Source: Acidobacteriota bacterium
Lineage (GTDB): Bacteria; Acidobacteriota; UBA890; WLXD01
Direction: 5' to 3'
Length of the DNA: 64,000 nt
Assembly: GCA_965205505.1 (NCBI GenBank)
Contig: CBDBHB010000009.1
Coordinates: 928,001-992,000 of the forward strand
Part shown: positions 10,040 to 21,071 of the stretch, in pieces
Numbering within the stretch: the stretch's first letter is position 1
How the letters are laid out: each line of letters starts with the position of its first letter
Notes under the pieces: generated by a model
What the model saw: only the letters and a program-made list of their open reading frames with translations
Database searches by the model: none
Told to the model about the DNA's origin: nothing
Position numbers and translations under genes: made by a program

Positions 10040-11400
10040 CTCGATGCCCCCGCCGACACTCCAGCGCGAAGGGTGGCGCTCGCGGCCGGCCTGTCGCCCG
10101 GATCGGCCCCTTGTTCCCGAAGGCGGCGCTGCAGCGCCTTCACGTCGATTTTGCGAACCGCCGCCCCGGATTCGACCGCCATGGCCGCGGCCATGCCGGC
10201 AGCCTCTCCCATCGCCATGCACGGTGGGATCTCGCGCGACGTCTTCTGTGCCTCGGGCGTTGCCGAGTAGTGCCGCCCGGCAACCAGAAGCTGATCGACA
10301 CCGCGGGGCAGCAGCGCCCGGTACGGCGTGTAGTAGTCACGCCCGCGCGCGATGCTGTCGGCGAAGTGGACGCGGTTGGCAACGTCGTCGTGGGTCACGA
10401 CGTACTCGCCCCGGAGCATACGCGTCTGGCGTACTCCGGTCTGCGGCGCCACGTCGACGAGCTGGCAGCGCTCGAAGCCCGGTAGATGGCCCCTTGCGTA
10501 CTCGATCACGGCGTCGATACGCCGGCGCCCCTCGAGGACGGCAGCGGTCAGTCCGTCCACCTTGACGCCATCGTATCCGGTGAGGTGTGGACAATTGCAC
10601 CAAACGACGCCGGGCAGGGGCGTCTTCAGCCACCAGCGCGCCCACGAGCCGCCGAGTATCTTGCGCGCCGCACGGTCGAGACGCGTGAACTCCTCATGTG
10701 CCTCGAACTCGAACCTCTCTGCTGCAGCCGTATCGACGTCGCCGAGCCTGAATACGGTGGTTAACATGTATGTGCCGCCGACGAAGTCGGCACCGGCGCG
10801 CACGGCCACATCGAGATCACCGGTAGCGTCAATCACCACATCGCCGAGGATCGCCTGTCTGCCCTCCTTGGTGTCGCAGATCACGCCCTGCGCCCGTCCG
10901 TCGCTCACCACCGGCGCCGAAAACCATGAATGTAGGCGCAGACGCACACCGGTTTCGGCGACGAGATCTTCTGAGGCCCGTTTCCACGCCTCGGGATCGA
11001 ATGCCACCGCGTATGTAATGGGTTGCGGACGATCGCGCGAGTAGTAGTCGTACACTCCCCAGCGCGACCACTTGCGCCACATCTCGCGGCTCGGTTGACG
11101 GTCCTCTGGAGGCGGATATACCGCCAGGCCCATACGGTCCATGCGGTCGATGACTTCTTGGCAGATGCCACGGACCACCACCTCGGCGCCGTCGCACATG
11201 TCGTCGAGCACCAACACCTGGCCCCCGGAAGCGAGGCCGCCAAGATGCGAGTAGCGCTCGAGAAGGGTCACGCGCGCGCCGTTTCTTGCTGCGGCGACCG
11301 CTGCGGCCAGGCCGGCCGGTCCGCCGCCAACGACGACCACGTCGCAGCGGTCAACAACCGGTGTGCGCCGCGCAGGCTCTTCGATGAATTCGGAGGTCAT
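10036..11400 (-). CDS. FAD-dependent oxidoreductase (FAD_oxidored-like family)
   Basis: VVVGGGPAG Rossmann motif, IDATGD, TPYRALLP, LLVAGR, MAMGEAAG. Confidence 0.88.
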   Translation of the reverse strand: MTSEFIEEPARRTPVVDRCDVVVVGGGPAGLAAAVAAARNGARVTLLERYSHLGGLASGGQVLVLDDMCDGAEVVVRGICQEVIDRMDRMGLAVYPPPEDRQPSREMWRKWSRWGVYDYYSRDRPQPITYAVAFDPEAWKRASEDLVAETGVRLRLHSWFSAPVVSDGRAQGVICDTKEGRQAILGDVVIDATGDLDVAVRAGADFVGGTYMLTTVFRLGDVDTAAAERFEFEAHEEFTRLDRAARKILGGSWARWWLKTPLPGVVWCNCPHLTGYDGVKVDGLTAAVLEGRRRIDAVIEYARGHLPGFERCQLVDVAPQTGVRQTRMLRGEYVVTHDDVANRVHFADSIARGRDYYTPYRALLPRGVDQLLVAGRHYSATPEAQKTSREIPPCMAMGEAAGMAAAMAVESGAAVRKIDVKALQRRLREQGADPGDRPAASATLRAGVSAGASS

Positions 11401-12149
11401 GGCGCCGCGTCCCAGGTGACGATGCGTCGCTCGAGCCAGCTGATGAGGGCGAAGAACGCAACGGAGAAAGCCGAGGCGAGCACCACCGAAGCGTACAGCA
11501 GCGGAGTGTCGAAGTTGTATGTCGCTTGGATGATGAGTGCGCCCAACCCCGCGGTGCTGCCGATCCATTCGCCGACGATGGCGCCGATTACCGCTGTCGA
11601 CGTGGCGATGCGCAGAGAAGCGAACAGGAAGGGCAGCGAGTTGGGTAGCCGCAACTTGAAGAACACTTCCCGGTCGCTGGCCGCCAGGACGCGCATTAGC
11701 TCCACCGAGCGTGGGTTCACGGATGACAGTCCACGCACCATGTTCACCAGTGTCGGGAAGAAGCAAATGAGCGCCGCGATGGCGATCTTGGGCTTCATGT
11801 CGTTGCCCAGCAATAGCACCAAGATCGGCGCGATCGCGACGATCGGGATCGTGTTGATCACCACGGCTATCGGAAAGAATGCGTCCTGCAGGGACCGCCT
11901 TTGGACGAAGGTGATGGCCAGTAACACCGAGGCGAGGTTGCCCAGCAGGAATCCGGCCACGCTCTCGACGGCCGTGGGTATCAGGTTGGCGAGCAAAGTG
12001 CCGGCATCGCGCCACAATGTTTCTGCGACCGCCAACGGCGAGGGCACCAGGTAGCTCGGTATTTCGAGCCACCAAACCGCGGCCGCCCAGGCGACGAGTA
12101 GCGCGGTGGCGCTGAGCAATGGCAGCCATCGTGTCGCCCTCATCCGCAT
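11397..12149 (-). CDS. ABC transporter permease (NitT/TauT type)
   Basis: Six TMs, IPIVAIAP, KLRLPNSLP, IVGEW motifs. Confidence 0.9.
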   Translation of the reverse strand: MRMRATRWLPLLSATALLVAWAAAVWWLEIPSYLVPSPLAVAETLWRDAGTLLANLIPTAVESVAGFLLGNLASVLLAITFVQRRSLQDAFFPIAVVINTIPIVAIAPILVLLLGNDMKPKIAIAALICFFPTLVNMVRGLSSVNPRSVELMRVLAASDREVFFKLRLPNSLPFLFASLRIATSTAVIGAIVGEWIGSTAGLGALIIQATYNFDTPLLYASVVLASAFSVAFFALISWLERRIVTWDAAP

Positions 12150-12946
12150 TGCTCCAGCAAGGCTCTCAGCATTGCCGCCTGGCGCACGAAGGGTTCGCTC
12201 TCCCGCGCCGCAAGCCGACGGGGCTCGGGCAGATCGATGGTCGCGATGTCGAGAACCCGCCCCGGCCTGGCGGCGAGCACAAGCACTCGACGTCCCAGGA
12301 ACAACGCCTCCGAGATGCTGTGGGTCACGAACACGATCGTGGTACCGGTCTTCTGCCAGATCTGCACCAGCTCTTGGTTGAGGCGATCGCGGGTGATCTC
12401 GTCGAGAGCACCGAATGGCTCATCCATCAGCAGGAGCCGGGGACCGGTGACCAGGGCTCGCGCGATGGCTACGCGCTGGCGCATGCCGCCCGAAAGCTCG
12501 TGCGGTAGCGCCGACTCCCGATCGGCGAGGCCCACAAGCGTGAGCAGCTGCGACGGTGTCATGGCGTTAGCCGGCACGGCACGGCGAGCTCCGACTTGCA
12601 GCGGCAGCTCGACGTTCGCCCGGGCACTTCGCCATGGCAGTAGCGCATGCTCCTGGAACACGAAGCCGATCTCCTTGCGCTCCCGAGCCGCCCTTGGCGG
12701 CTGCCCAAGCAGTCGAGCGTTGCCCGACGTGGGGGCGACGAGATCGGCTATCACCCGCAACAGCGTTGACTTGCCACAACCCGAGGGTCCGATCACCGTC
12801 AGAAAGTCGCCGGAGTCGATGGTCAGTGACACGTCCTGAAGGGCAACGACAGTTCCGCGGTCGCTGGTGAATTCGACGCTCACGTCCTCGAGCTCGACGA
12901 TCGCCTGGCGTCGCCGCGTCGCGAACAGCCCGCTGTCAGCGTTCAT
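12140..12946 (-). CDS. ABC transporter ATP-binding protein (NitT/TauT type)
   Basis: GPSGCGKS, LSGGMRQR, DEPFGALD; SD AAGGAG. Confidence 0.93.
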   Translation of the reverse strand: MNADSGLFATRRRQAIVELEDVSVEFTSDRGTVVALQDVSLTIDSGDFLTVIGPSGCGKSTLLRVIADLVAPTSGNARLLGQPPRAARERKEIGFVFQEHALLPWRSARANVELPLQVGARRAVPANAMTPSQLLTLVGLADRESALPHELSGGMRQRVAIARALVTGPRLLLMDEPFGALDEITRDRLNQELVQIWQKTGTTIVFVTHSISEALFLGRRVLVLAARPGRVLDIATIDLPEPRRLAARESEPFVRQAAMLRALLEQCG

Positions 12947-12977
12947 CTTGCTGCTCTCCTTGCCGCGATCGGTCGCC

Positions 12978-14018
12978 TCACGCCGGTGCGCCGAGGTGTG
13001 GACGTGCATCGCGAGTGGCGTCGAGGATGGCGCCAGATACCAGATCGCCCAGCCGCGGAGCCCGGTTGGAGAACTGCCCGAGCTGCGCGTAGGTCTCCAG
13101 CTGCTTACTCCAGGTTTCGTCCGACATGCTGCCCCAGCCAAACTCGGCGGTGCGCTCGTTGAACACATAGGGTATCTGGAGCCGGGTGGCACGAATCTCG
13201 TCTTCGAGTCGCAGGATCGGATACTCGTCGGTGAGCAACTCGGCGGCGCGTTCCGGGTTGCCGTGGACGAAGGCCCAGCCGCGGCCGGTGGCCCGCAGGA
13301 ACGCCGCGAGGATGTCGGCGTCCGCCTCGAGTGTCCGGTGGGTAGCGTAGTAGGGCATTGCGTACAACCGGATTCCAGCGTCCCAGAGTCGCATGGAGAG
13401 CTGGCGCCCATCGAGCGGTCGTAGCGATGCAGCGTTTGTCGCCCAGCCGGTGATCACGTCGACCTGTCCAGTGGCCAGGGGTATAAGCGAGGAACCGACG
13501 ACCTGCACTTCGAGCCGCGACGGGTCGATCTGATGTCGCGCCAGGAGCGCGTCGAGCAATACTCGGCCGGTCGGCTGAATACCTATCCGCTTGCCGACCA
13601 GATCGCCCGGCTCGTACACCGGGTTCTCGGGCAGCGAGAAGTAGGTGTACGGGTGCTCCTGCATTGCCACCGCGAAGCAACGAATCGGGATGCCCTGCGA
13701 GACCGCAAGCATGATCGACGGACTAGAAGTTGTCTCGCCAACCAGGTAGCGCCCCGAGGCGACGATTGCCACGCCGTCGATGTTCGCTCCCCCGGGACGA
13801 ATACGGAAAGCAATGCCCTCCTCGTCGAAGAACCCCAAGAGCGCCGCCGCCACCTCGCCGAGTTGATTGGCTCCGACCAGCCACCCGAGCTGCATCTCGA
13901 CGATTCGGCGCCCGTCCGTCGTCGTTCCTGACGTTCCTACGCACGCCCCGAGCCCCAATCCGCCCGCGGCTGTGGCGCACCCATGTAAAAAAGCGCGCCT
14001 TGTCCGAGTGCTGGTCAT
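12978..14018 (-). CDS. ABC substrate-binding lipoprotein, NMT1/THI5-like, Tat signal
   Basis: TRRAFL twin-arginine motif, LGAC lipobox, QLGW...GFFDEEGI. Confidence 0.88.
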   Translation of the reverse strand: MTSTRTRRAFLHGCATAAGGLGLGACVGTSGTTTDGRRIVEMQLGWLVGANQLGEVAAALLGFFDEEGIAFRIRPGGANIDGVAIVASGRYLVGETTSSPSIMLAVSQGIPIRCFAVAMQEHPYTYFSLPENPVYEPGDLVGKRIGIQPTGRVLLDALLARHQIDPSRLEVQVVGSSLIPLATGQVDVITGWATNAASLRPLDGRQLSMRLWDAGIRLYAMPYYATHRTLEADADILAAFLRATGRGWAFVHGNPERAAELLTDEYPILRLEDEIRATRLQIPYVFNERTAEFGWGSMSDETWSKQLETYAQLGQFSNRAPRLGDLVSGAILDATRDARPHLGAPA

Positions 14019-14068
14019 GGCGGCGAATCTATCGCCGTCGCTGGGTGGAGGACAACCAGCTGTCGAGG

Positions 14069-14217
14069 GGCGGTGGCGCCGGCATCGGTACGCACCTCGG
14101 CCAGGGTGGAGCTCCTGAGCTCGATCTGCTTGGTAGTCAACGCGTCATCGTTTGTGTTGTTCGAGCGCCGTGCTGGCGAGCCTGGCTACGGTGCGTACCG
14201 ATGCCGGCGCCACCGCC
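14069..14217. repeat. Perfect 28-bp inverted repeat with 93-bp spacer
   Basis: ggcggtggcgccggcatcggtacgcacc (14069-14096) and its exact reverse complement (14190-14217). Confidence 0.9.
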
Positions 14218-14366
14218 GCGAACGTTCGAGGGATCTCCGGCGCGCGACCGGCATTCTCCGTCGTCGGGGAGCTCGGAGCGCGTGTTTCCTGGGGCGCTGA
14301 CGGAGCAGCTTGACGCCCCTCCTCGGTGTCGTCGAATGGCTCAGAGCCGCGCGCGCCTATCGGTGC

Positions 14367-14407
14367 CGGAGGGAGCAGAGGCATGCCTCTGCTGCCATCG
14401 CCCTCCG
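14367..14407. repeat. 20-bp palindrome (REP-like or terminator hairpin) just downstream of pckG
   Basis: agcagaggcatgcctctgct 14374-14393, flanked by cggaggg/ccctccg. Confidence 0.65.
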
Positions 14408-14410
14408 AGG

Positions 14411-16228
14411 TCAGACGGTCGCCGTCTTCTCCTGCGCTGCTTCCTGGAGCCGCGACCGAAGGGCGTCTAGCTGCTCCGTCAACGCCGCCGGGAGCCGGTC
14501 GGCGAACTGCTCGTAGTGCTGCTCGATCAGCGGGATCTCCTGCTGCCAGCCGTCGATGTCGACGCGCAGCAGTTCCTCGAGATCGTTCGGGGCGAGGTCC
14601 ATCCCGCTCACGTCCAAGGCGTCGACCGTCGGCAATCGGCCGATGGGTGAGTCGATGGCTTCGCTGACTCCGGCGCAGCGCTCGAATACCCATCCGAGGA
14701 CGCGCGAGTTATCGCCGAAACCCGGCCAAATGAAGCGGCGATCGGCATCACGGCGAAACCAGTTTACATAGAAGATCTTCGGTAGCTTGGCCGGGTCAGT
14801 CTTCGCCCCGAGACGCAGCCAATGGGCGAAATAATCGCCCATGTGGTAGCCGCAGAAGGGCAACATGGCCATCGGGTCGCGACGTACTTCGCCAACTTGC
14901 CCGGCGGCGGCGGCGGTCTTCGCCGACGACATGATCGAGCCAAGAAACGTGCCGTGTTCCCAGTCGAAGGCCTCGGTGACCAATGGGATGACGGTTTCGC
15001 GGCGACCACCGAACAGGAAGGCGCTGATCGGCACCCCCGCCGGGTCCTCCCATTCCGGCGCGATCACCGGGCACTGGTGGGCAGGGGCAGTGAACCGGGC
15101 GTTCGGATGTGCCGCCGGCCGATCCGAGTCGGGTGTCCAGGGTCGTCGCAGCCAGTCGACGAGCTCGGCGGGCGCTTCTGGCGTCATGCCCTCCCACCAC
15201 GCGTCGCCGTCCGGGGTGAGGGCGCAGTTCGTGAAGATCGAGTTGCCTGCCATCGACAGCATGGCGTTGGGGTTCGATTGGTCGCTGGTACCCGGCGCGA
15301 CGCCGAAGAACCCGGCCTCGGGGTTGATCGCGTAAAGTCGCCCGTCTTCGCCGAATTTCATCCAGGCGATGTCGTCACCGATTGTCTCTACCTTCCAGCC
15401 CGGCAGCGTCGGGTTCATCATCGCCAGGTTGGTCTTGCCGCAGGCGCTGGGAAACGCGGCGGTGATGTATTTCACGTCGCCGGCGGGCGAGGTGAGCTTC
15501 AGGATCAGCATGTGCTCGGCGAGCCAGCCGTTGTCGCGCGCCTGTACCGAGGCGATGCGCAGCGCATGGCACTTCTTGCCGAGCAGCGCGTTGCCACCAT
15601 AGCCGGAGCCGTACGACATGATCTCGCGGCTCTCGGGAAAGTGGGCGATGTACTTGTTGTCGGCGTCGCAAGGCCAGGGCAGGTCCGGCTGCCGGTCGCT
15701 GGTGAGTGGGTAGCCGACCGAGTGCAGCCCGCGCACGAAGCTGTCGTCGTTGCCGAGCACCTCGAGCACGGGGGTTCCCACCCGAGCCATGATGTGCAAG
15801 TTGCAAACCACGTACGGCGAGTCGCTGATCTCGATGCCGATCTTGGAGATGGGGCTGCCGATCGGCCCCATCGAATAGGGGATCACGTACATCGCGCGTC
15901 CGCGCATGCAACCTTCGTAGAGGGCGCGCAGCGTAACGCGCATGCCGTCCGGATCGGTCCAGTTGTTGGTCGGGCCGGCATCTGTTTCCGACTCCGAACA
16001 TATGAACGTTCGATCCTCTACGCGCGCCACATCGGCGGGATCCGATCGGCACAGGAAACTGTTCGGGCGTTTCTCCGGATCGAGTCGGATGTATGTACCC
16101 GAATCGACCATGAGCTGACTGAGGCGGTCGTATTCCTCGGGCGAGCCATCACACCAGACAACGGTGTCCGGTTGGCACAGCTGTTGGACCTCGTCGACCC
16201 AGGCGTTGAGCTTGTCGTTGGTGGCCAC
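14411..16228 (-). CDS. pckG: Phosphoenolpyruvate carboxykinase (GTP)
   Basis: [42 protein letters not shown]; GTG start with GAGG SD. Confidence 0.97.
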   Translation of the reverse strand: MATNDKLNAWVDEVQQLCQPDTVVWCDGSPEEYDRLSQLMVDSGTYIRLDPEKRPNSFLCRSDPADVARVEDRTFICSESETDAGPTNNWTDPDGMRVTLRALYEGCMRGRAMYVIPYSMGPIGSPISKIGIEISDSPYVVCNLHIMARVGTPVLEVLGNDDSFVRGLHSVGYPLTSDRQPDLPWPCDADNKYIAHFPESREIMSYGSGYGGNALLGKKCHALRIASVQARDNGWLAEHMLILKLTSPAGDVKYITAAFPSACGKTNLAMMNPTLPGWKVETIGDDIAWMKFGEDGRLYAINPEAGFFGVAPGTSDQSNPNAMLSMAGNSIFTNCALTPDGDAWWEGMTPEAPAELVDWLRRPWTPDSDRPAAHPNARFTAPAHQCPVIAPEWEDPAGVPISAFLFGGRRETVIPLVTEAFDWEHGTFLGSIMSSAKTAAAAGQVGEVRRDPMAMLPFCGYHMGDYFAHWLRLGAKTDPAKLPKIFYVNWFRRDADRRFIWPGFGDNSRVLGWVFERCAGVSEAIDSPIGRLPTVDALDVSGMDLAPNDLEELLRVDIDGWQQEIPLIEQHYEQFADRLPAALTEQLDALRSRLQEAAQEKTATV

Positions 16229-16557
16229 GGAATCCTCGAATGCAGTGTGGAACACGGCAGGTCCCCGGCTAGATGTCGGATCAGCATCCGGAAGATACGG
16301 TGAATTTAAGCAGACAGGAACGGTGCGCGTCGCCCTCGGTGTGCGTATCGATTTCTGTGCGAGAGCGCGATGGGCTCGTCGCTGCTGGCGCATTGGGCCA
16401 GAATGTATCCGGGGCCCTGCACGCGGTCTACTCCTATGGTCCGACGGCTGCAAGAGTCGGGACGGCCGCGAGGCCTCCGACCCGTAGCGGTCGTGACGCA
16501 AGCGCATCGTCTGGATGGCAGACTGCGTGCTCAAGCCGGAGCCCACGGAGCTACTTG

Positions 16558-18099
16558 ATGACCGAGTTGACACAACTCGAACCGCCGCGACCGCCCAAGT
16601 GGGCGAAGGTCATCGATCACGATGTCTGTATCGGGTGCCACGCTTGCTCGACGGCGTGCAAGTCGGAGAACGCGGTTCCCCTGTCAGTGAACCGCACCTA
16701 CGTGAAGTATGTCGACGTGGGCGTGTTCCCGGACGCTCACCGAGCATTCCAGGTGACGCGCTGCAATCAGTGCGACAACCCTCCCTGCGCCACCGCTTGC
16801 CCGACGTCGGCGATGTACCAGAGGCCGGACGGCATCGTCGATTTCGACAAGTCGATCTGTATCGGTTGCAAGGCGTGCATCGCTGCCTGTCCTTACGACG
16901 CCATCTTCATCAACCCGGAAGACCACGCGGCGGAGAAATGCAACTTCTGCGCTCACCGCCTCGATATCGGCCTGGAGCCGGCGTGTGTCGTCGTGTGTCC
17001 CACCGAGGCGATCCTGGTGGGCGACATGCACGATCCGGCGTCGCGTGTCGCGCAGATCGTGCATCGCGAGCCGGTATCGGTACGGCGTCCAGAGAAGGAG
17101 ACGGCGCCGAAGCTGTTCTATACCGGTGCCACGCAGGTCACGCTAGATCCGCTGGCGGCCCGGCGCCCCGAGGGGGGCTTGTTTATGTGGAGCGAGCAGA
17201 CTTCTGACGGGCAGCACGTTGTCTCCGGTCACCCGGATCGCCCCAACAGCGCCGCCGCCGCCATGCTGTCGTACGACATCCCGCACAAGGTTCCGTGGGA
17301 CTGGCGGGTGAGCGCCTATACGTGGACCAAGGGGATCGCGGCGGGGAGCTATCTGGTAGCTGGGTTAGCGGTCCTGCTGGGCTTCCTCGAGCCTACTCAC
17401 ATGCTGTGGCAGTGGGTCGCGCCGCTGGCTGCGTTGATCTTTCTGGCGATTACCGGCGGTTTGCTGATCGGCGATCTCGAACACCCCAGGCGCTTCTACT
17501 ACATCTTCACGAGGCCACAATGGAAAAGCTGGCTGGTCAAGGGCGCCGTCATCATCACAGCCTACTCTGCGGTGCTCGCCGGGCATCTGATCTGCAGCCT
17601 GTTCGGCGCTTATCAGATCCAGCTGGGCTTGCTGCTTCCGGGCTTGCCCCTGGCTGTGATGACCGCGGTGTACACCGCCTACCTGTTCGCCCAGGCGAAG
17701 GCCCGCGACCTATGGCAGAGCCCGCTATTGCCGCCGCACATGGTGGTGCAGGCGTTGCTCGCCGGAGCCTCTGCGCTGCTTGTTTCGGCAGCGTTCGTCG
17801 CGATCCCTGACGTCGGGCAATCGATGCTCGTGGCGGTCTTGTCGTTGGCGTGCGGCGCGCATCTCGCCATGGTTTGGGGCGAGGTGACGCTTACCCATCC
17901 GACCGCCCACGCCGGCCTGGCGATCAAGGAAATGACGCGAGGCCGCTACGTCTGGTTCTTCCGTGTCGGCCTGGTGCTGACGTTTGCGGGCTTGCTGGCC
18001 CCGTGGTCGATGATTCCCTCGGCGCTGGCCGCGCTCGCCGGCCTGCTGTTGCACGAGCACGCTTACGTTCAGGCAGGCCAATCGGTGCCGCTTGCGTGA
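16558..18099 (+). CDS. Fused 4Fe-4S ferredoxin (DmsB/NrfC-like) + NrfD/PsrC-type membrane anchor
   Basis: [45 protein letters not shown], followed by multi-TM domain with DLEHP.RF. Confidence 0.9.
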   Translation: MTELTQLEPPRPPKWAKVIDHDVCIGCHACSTACKSENAVPLSVNRTYVKYVDVGVFPDAHRAFQVTRCNQCDNPPCATACPTSAMYQRPDGIVDFDKSICIGCKACIAACPYDAIFINPEDHAAEKCNFCAHRLDIGLEPACVVVCPTEAILVGDMHDPASRVAQIVHREPVSVRRPEKETAPKLFYTGATQVTLDPLAARRPEGGLFMWSEQTSDGQHVVSGHPDRPNSAAAAMLSYDIPHKVPWDWRVSAYTWTKGIAAGSYLVAGLAVLLGFLEPTHMLWQWVAPLAALIFLAITGGLLIGDLEHPRRFYYIFTRPQWKSWLVKGAVIITAYSAVLAGHLICSLFGAYQIQLGLLLPGLPLAVMTAVYTAYLFAQAKARDLWQSPLLPPHMVVQALLAGASALLVSAAFVAIPDVGQSMLVAVLSLACGAHLAMVWGEVTLTHPTAHAGLAIKEMTRGRYVWFFRVGLVLTFAGLLAPWSMIPSALAALAGLLLHEHAYVQAGQSVPLA

Positions 18100-18106
18100 G
18101 GACAGG

Positions 18107-21028
18107 ATGACCGACCTGGAGAAGCTGAACGAACGGGTAAGCGCTGCGCGTCGGGAGGTCGAGGCGCGTGGCGAGACGTTCTATCCGGGTCCGAGCCGCA
18201 TCCATCTGGCCAGCTTTCCACCCAAGGAGCGCTGGGACGACTGGGTGGAGCTGGAGTCACGCGCCTGGCCCCGTCGTGAGGAACGTCGCTACATGCTGGT
18301 ACCCACAACCTGCTTCAACTGCGAATCGGCGTGCGGTCTTCTCGCCTACATCGATCGAGACACCATGCAGGTACGCAAGTTCGAGGGCAATCCGGAGCAC
18401 CCGGGGTCGCGGGGCCGGAACTGCGCCAAGGGCCCGGCGACGCTCAACCAGATCACCGATCCCGACCGCATCCTCTACCCACTCAAACGCGTCGGCGCCC
18501 GCGGCGAGGGCAAATGGAAGCAAGTGTCGTGGAACGAGGCCCTCGACGATATCGCCGGCCGCCTACGCAGCACAATCTCGGAGAACCGCCACAACGAGAT
18601 CATGTATCACGTCGGCAGACCGGGTGAGGATGGTTTTACCGAGCGGGTGATCGCGTCGTGGGGGGTCGACGGCCACAACTCCCACACCAACGTGTGCTCG
18701 GCGGGCGCACGTACCGGCTACGCGCTGTGGTGTGGAATAGATCGCCCCAGCCCGGATCATGCCAACGCCGACGTGATCTTGCTGGTGTCGGCGCATCTCG
18801 AGACCGGCCACTACTTCAACCCGCACGCCCAGCGCATCACCGAGGCGCGGCGCCGCGGCGCCAAGCTCATCGTCTTCGATACCCGGATGTCGAACACTGC
18901 CACCCACGCCGATTATTGGCTGGCGAGTTACCCGGGATCCGAGGCGGCGGTGTTGCTGGCGATCGCCAACCATCTGATCCAGAACGAGCTCTACGATCGC
19001 GAGTTCATGCGTCGCTGGTGGAACTGGGAGGAGTACATGGTGAAGGAGCGTCCGGATGAGGACGCTACCTTCGAGTCCTTCGAGACGGCGCTCAAGGGAC
19101 TCTATGCTGAGTTCACTTTCGAGCTCGCCGCCCAGGAGTCGGGGCTCGATGCGGGCGTTGTTGCCGAAGTGGCTGCCGTGGTGGCGGACGCGGGCACCCG
19201 GTTGGCCACCCACAGTTGGCGCAGCGCTGCCGCCGGCAACGAGGGGGGCTGGCAAGTGGCGCGCACGCTGATGCTCCTCAACGCGCTGACCGGATCGGTG
19301 GCGACGCCCGGCGGTACCTACCCGAACGCCTGGAACAAGTTCGTACCCCGGCCCATCCACGCACCGAGTCATCCCAAGACATGGAACGAGCTCAACTGGC
19401 CGCGGCAGTACCCGCTGTCGATGTACGAGCTGTCGTTCCTGTTGCCGCACCTGATGCGCGAGCAGAACGGACATCTCGACGTCTACTTCACCCGCGTATA
19501 TAACCCGGTGTGGACTAATCCCGACGGCTTTTCGTGGATCGAGATGCTGAGCGACGAGGCCAAAGTGGGGCTCTACGTAGCGCTCACGCCGACCTGGAAC
19601 GAAACCGCTTACTTCGCCGACTACGTGCTGCCGATGGGCCACGGATCGGAGCGTCACGACATTCACTCCTATGAGACCCACGACGCCCAGTGGCTGGGCT
19701 TTCGCCAGCCGGTGACGCGTGCTGCCCGCGAGCGTCTGGGTGAAGTCGTCACCGATACCCGGCAGGTCAACCCCGGCGAGGTATGGGAGGAGAACGAGTT
19801 TTGGATCGATCTGACTTGGCGCATCGACCCCGACGGCGATCTCGGCATCCGCTGGTTCGCGGAGTCGAAAGCGCGGCCGGGCGAGAAGCTGACCGTCGAC
19901 GAGTACTACGGCCACATCTTCGACAACTCGGTTCCGGGCCTGCCGGAGGCGGCCAAGGCCGAGGACCTCACGCCGTTGCAGTACATGCGGCGTTACGGTG
20001 CCTTCGAGCTGTCCGACCATGTCGGCCCGCTCTACGAGGAAGAGGTTGCCGGCGATCAGCTGGTCGATATCGGCGAGGATCTCTTCGGTCGCGTCTACAC
20101 CGCGGCCCCCGCCCCGGCGCCCGACAACCTCGTGCCCACCGGCGTCCCGGACCCTGATGAGGAAGGTCGCCGCCCCGCCGGCGTGCGCGTCGACGGCGTC
20201 GTCCGGCGCGGCTTCCCGACGCCGAGCGGGCGACTCGAGTTCTATTCATCGACGCTGGCGCAGTGGGGCTGGCCGCAGTTCGCGCTGCCCACCTACATCC
20301 GCAGCCATGTGCATCCCGACAACCTTGCCGACGGGCAGGTGCCCTTGATCTCGACGTTCAGGCTGCCGGTGCAGATTCACACGCGCTCGGCCAACGCCAA
20401 GTGGCTCGACGAGATCGCCCACACGAACCCCCTGTGGATCCACACATCACACGCCGCTGGTCTGGGGCTCCGAACCGGGGACCTGGTGCGTGTCGAGACC
20501 GAGATCGGCTACTTCGTCGTCAAGGCCTGGGTTACCGAGGGGATCCGCCCCGGCGTCGTTGCCTGTAGCCACCATATGGGCCGTTGGAAGCTCCACGACG
20601 AAGGGCAGCGGCAGTTGATGGCCACCGTTGCCCTCGACCGTGAGGGCAGCAGGTGGGGTATGAAACGTCGCCGCGCTGGGGGGCCGTACGAGTCCGACGA
20701 TCCGGACACCCGGCGCATCTGGTGGACCGATGTCGGCGTGCACCAGAACCTCACGTTTCCGGTTCACCCAGACCCGGTGTCGGGTATGCACTGCTGGCAT
20801 CAGGCGGTGCGTGTCCTGCCAGCGCAGCCGGGCGACACCTACGGCGACATCGCTGTCGATACCGAGCGCTCGCGGCGCGTCCACGAGGAGTGGCTGAAGA
20901 AGACCCGGCCGGCGGACGTGCATTCGCCGGACGGTACTCGGCGCCCGTTCTGGTTGGTGCGCCCGCTCAAGCCCTCACGCGACGTCTACGTGCTACCCGG
21001 CCGCGAGCCGGAGGTTATGCCGTCGTAG
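18107..21028 (+). CDS. Molybdopterin (bis-MGD, DMSO-reductase family) oxidoreductase catalytic subunit, no Tat leader
   Basis: TTCFNCESAC...C FeS motif, DPDRILYPLKR, HTNVCS, FADYVLP, C-terminal MopB-CT (GDLVRVET, IRPGVV). Confidence 0.92.
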   Translation: MTDLEKLNERVSAARREVEARGETFYPGPSRIHLASFPPKERWDDWVELESRAWPRREERRYMLVPTTCFNCESACGLLAYIDRDTMQVRKFEGNPEHPGSRGRNCAKGPATLNQITDPDRILYPLKRVGARGEGKWKQVSWNEALDDIAGRLRSTISENRHNEIMYHVGRPGEDGFTERVIASWGVDGHNSHTNVCSAGARTGYALWCGIDRPSPDHANADVILLVSAHLETGHYFNPHAQRITEARRRGAKLIVFDTRMSNTATHADYWLASYPGSEAAVLLAIANHLIQNELYDREFMRRWWNWEEYMVKERPDEDATFESFETALKGLYAEFTFELAAQESGLDAGVVAEVAAVVADAGTRLATHSWRSAAAGNEGGWQVARTLMLLNALTGSVATPGGTYPNAWNKFVPRPIHAPSHPKTWNELNWPRQYPLSMYELSFLLPHLMREQNGHLDVYFTRVYNPVWTNPDGFSWIEMLSDEAKVGLYVALTPTWNETAYFADYVLPMGHGSERHDIHSYETHDAQWLGFRQPVTRAARERLGEVVTDTRQVNPGEVWEENEFWIDLTWRIDPDGDLGIRWFAESKARPGEKLTVDEYYGHIFDNSVPGLPEAAKAEDLTPLQYMRRYGAFELSDHVGPLYEEEVAGDQLVDIGEDLFGRVYTAAPAPAPDNLVPTGVPDPDEEGRRPAGVRVDGVVRRGFPTPSGRLEFYSSTLAQWGWPQFALPTYIRSHVHPDNLADGQVPLISTFRLPVQIHTRSANAKWLDEIAHTNPLWIHTSHAAGLGLRTGDLVRVETEIGYFVVKAWVTEGIRPGVVACSHHMGRWKLHDEGQRQLMATVALDREGSRWGMKRRRAGGPYESDDPDTRRIWWTDVGVHQNLTFPVHPDPVSGMHCWHQAVRVLPAQPGDTYGDIAVDTERSRRVHEEWLKKTRPADVHSPDGTRRPFWLVRPLKPSRDVYVLPGREPEVMPS

Positions 21029-21071
21029 CGCCAGGCGTCGGGCGTGTTGGGCACTGGCCGCGAGCTGTCAG

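Noticed and set aside
10036-12129. Long N-terminal extensions in track ORFs (697-aa FAD protein, 720-aa PckG, 633-aa GMC) as fusions
   Set aside because: The extensions overlap neighbouring genes or intergenic DNA; internal starts with SD or coupled stop-start sites fit family lengths
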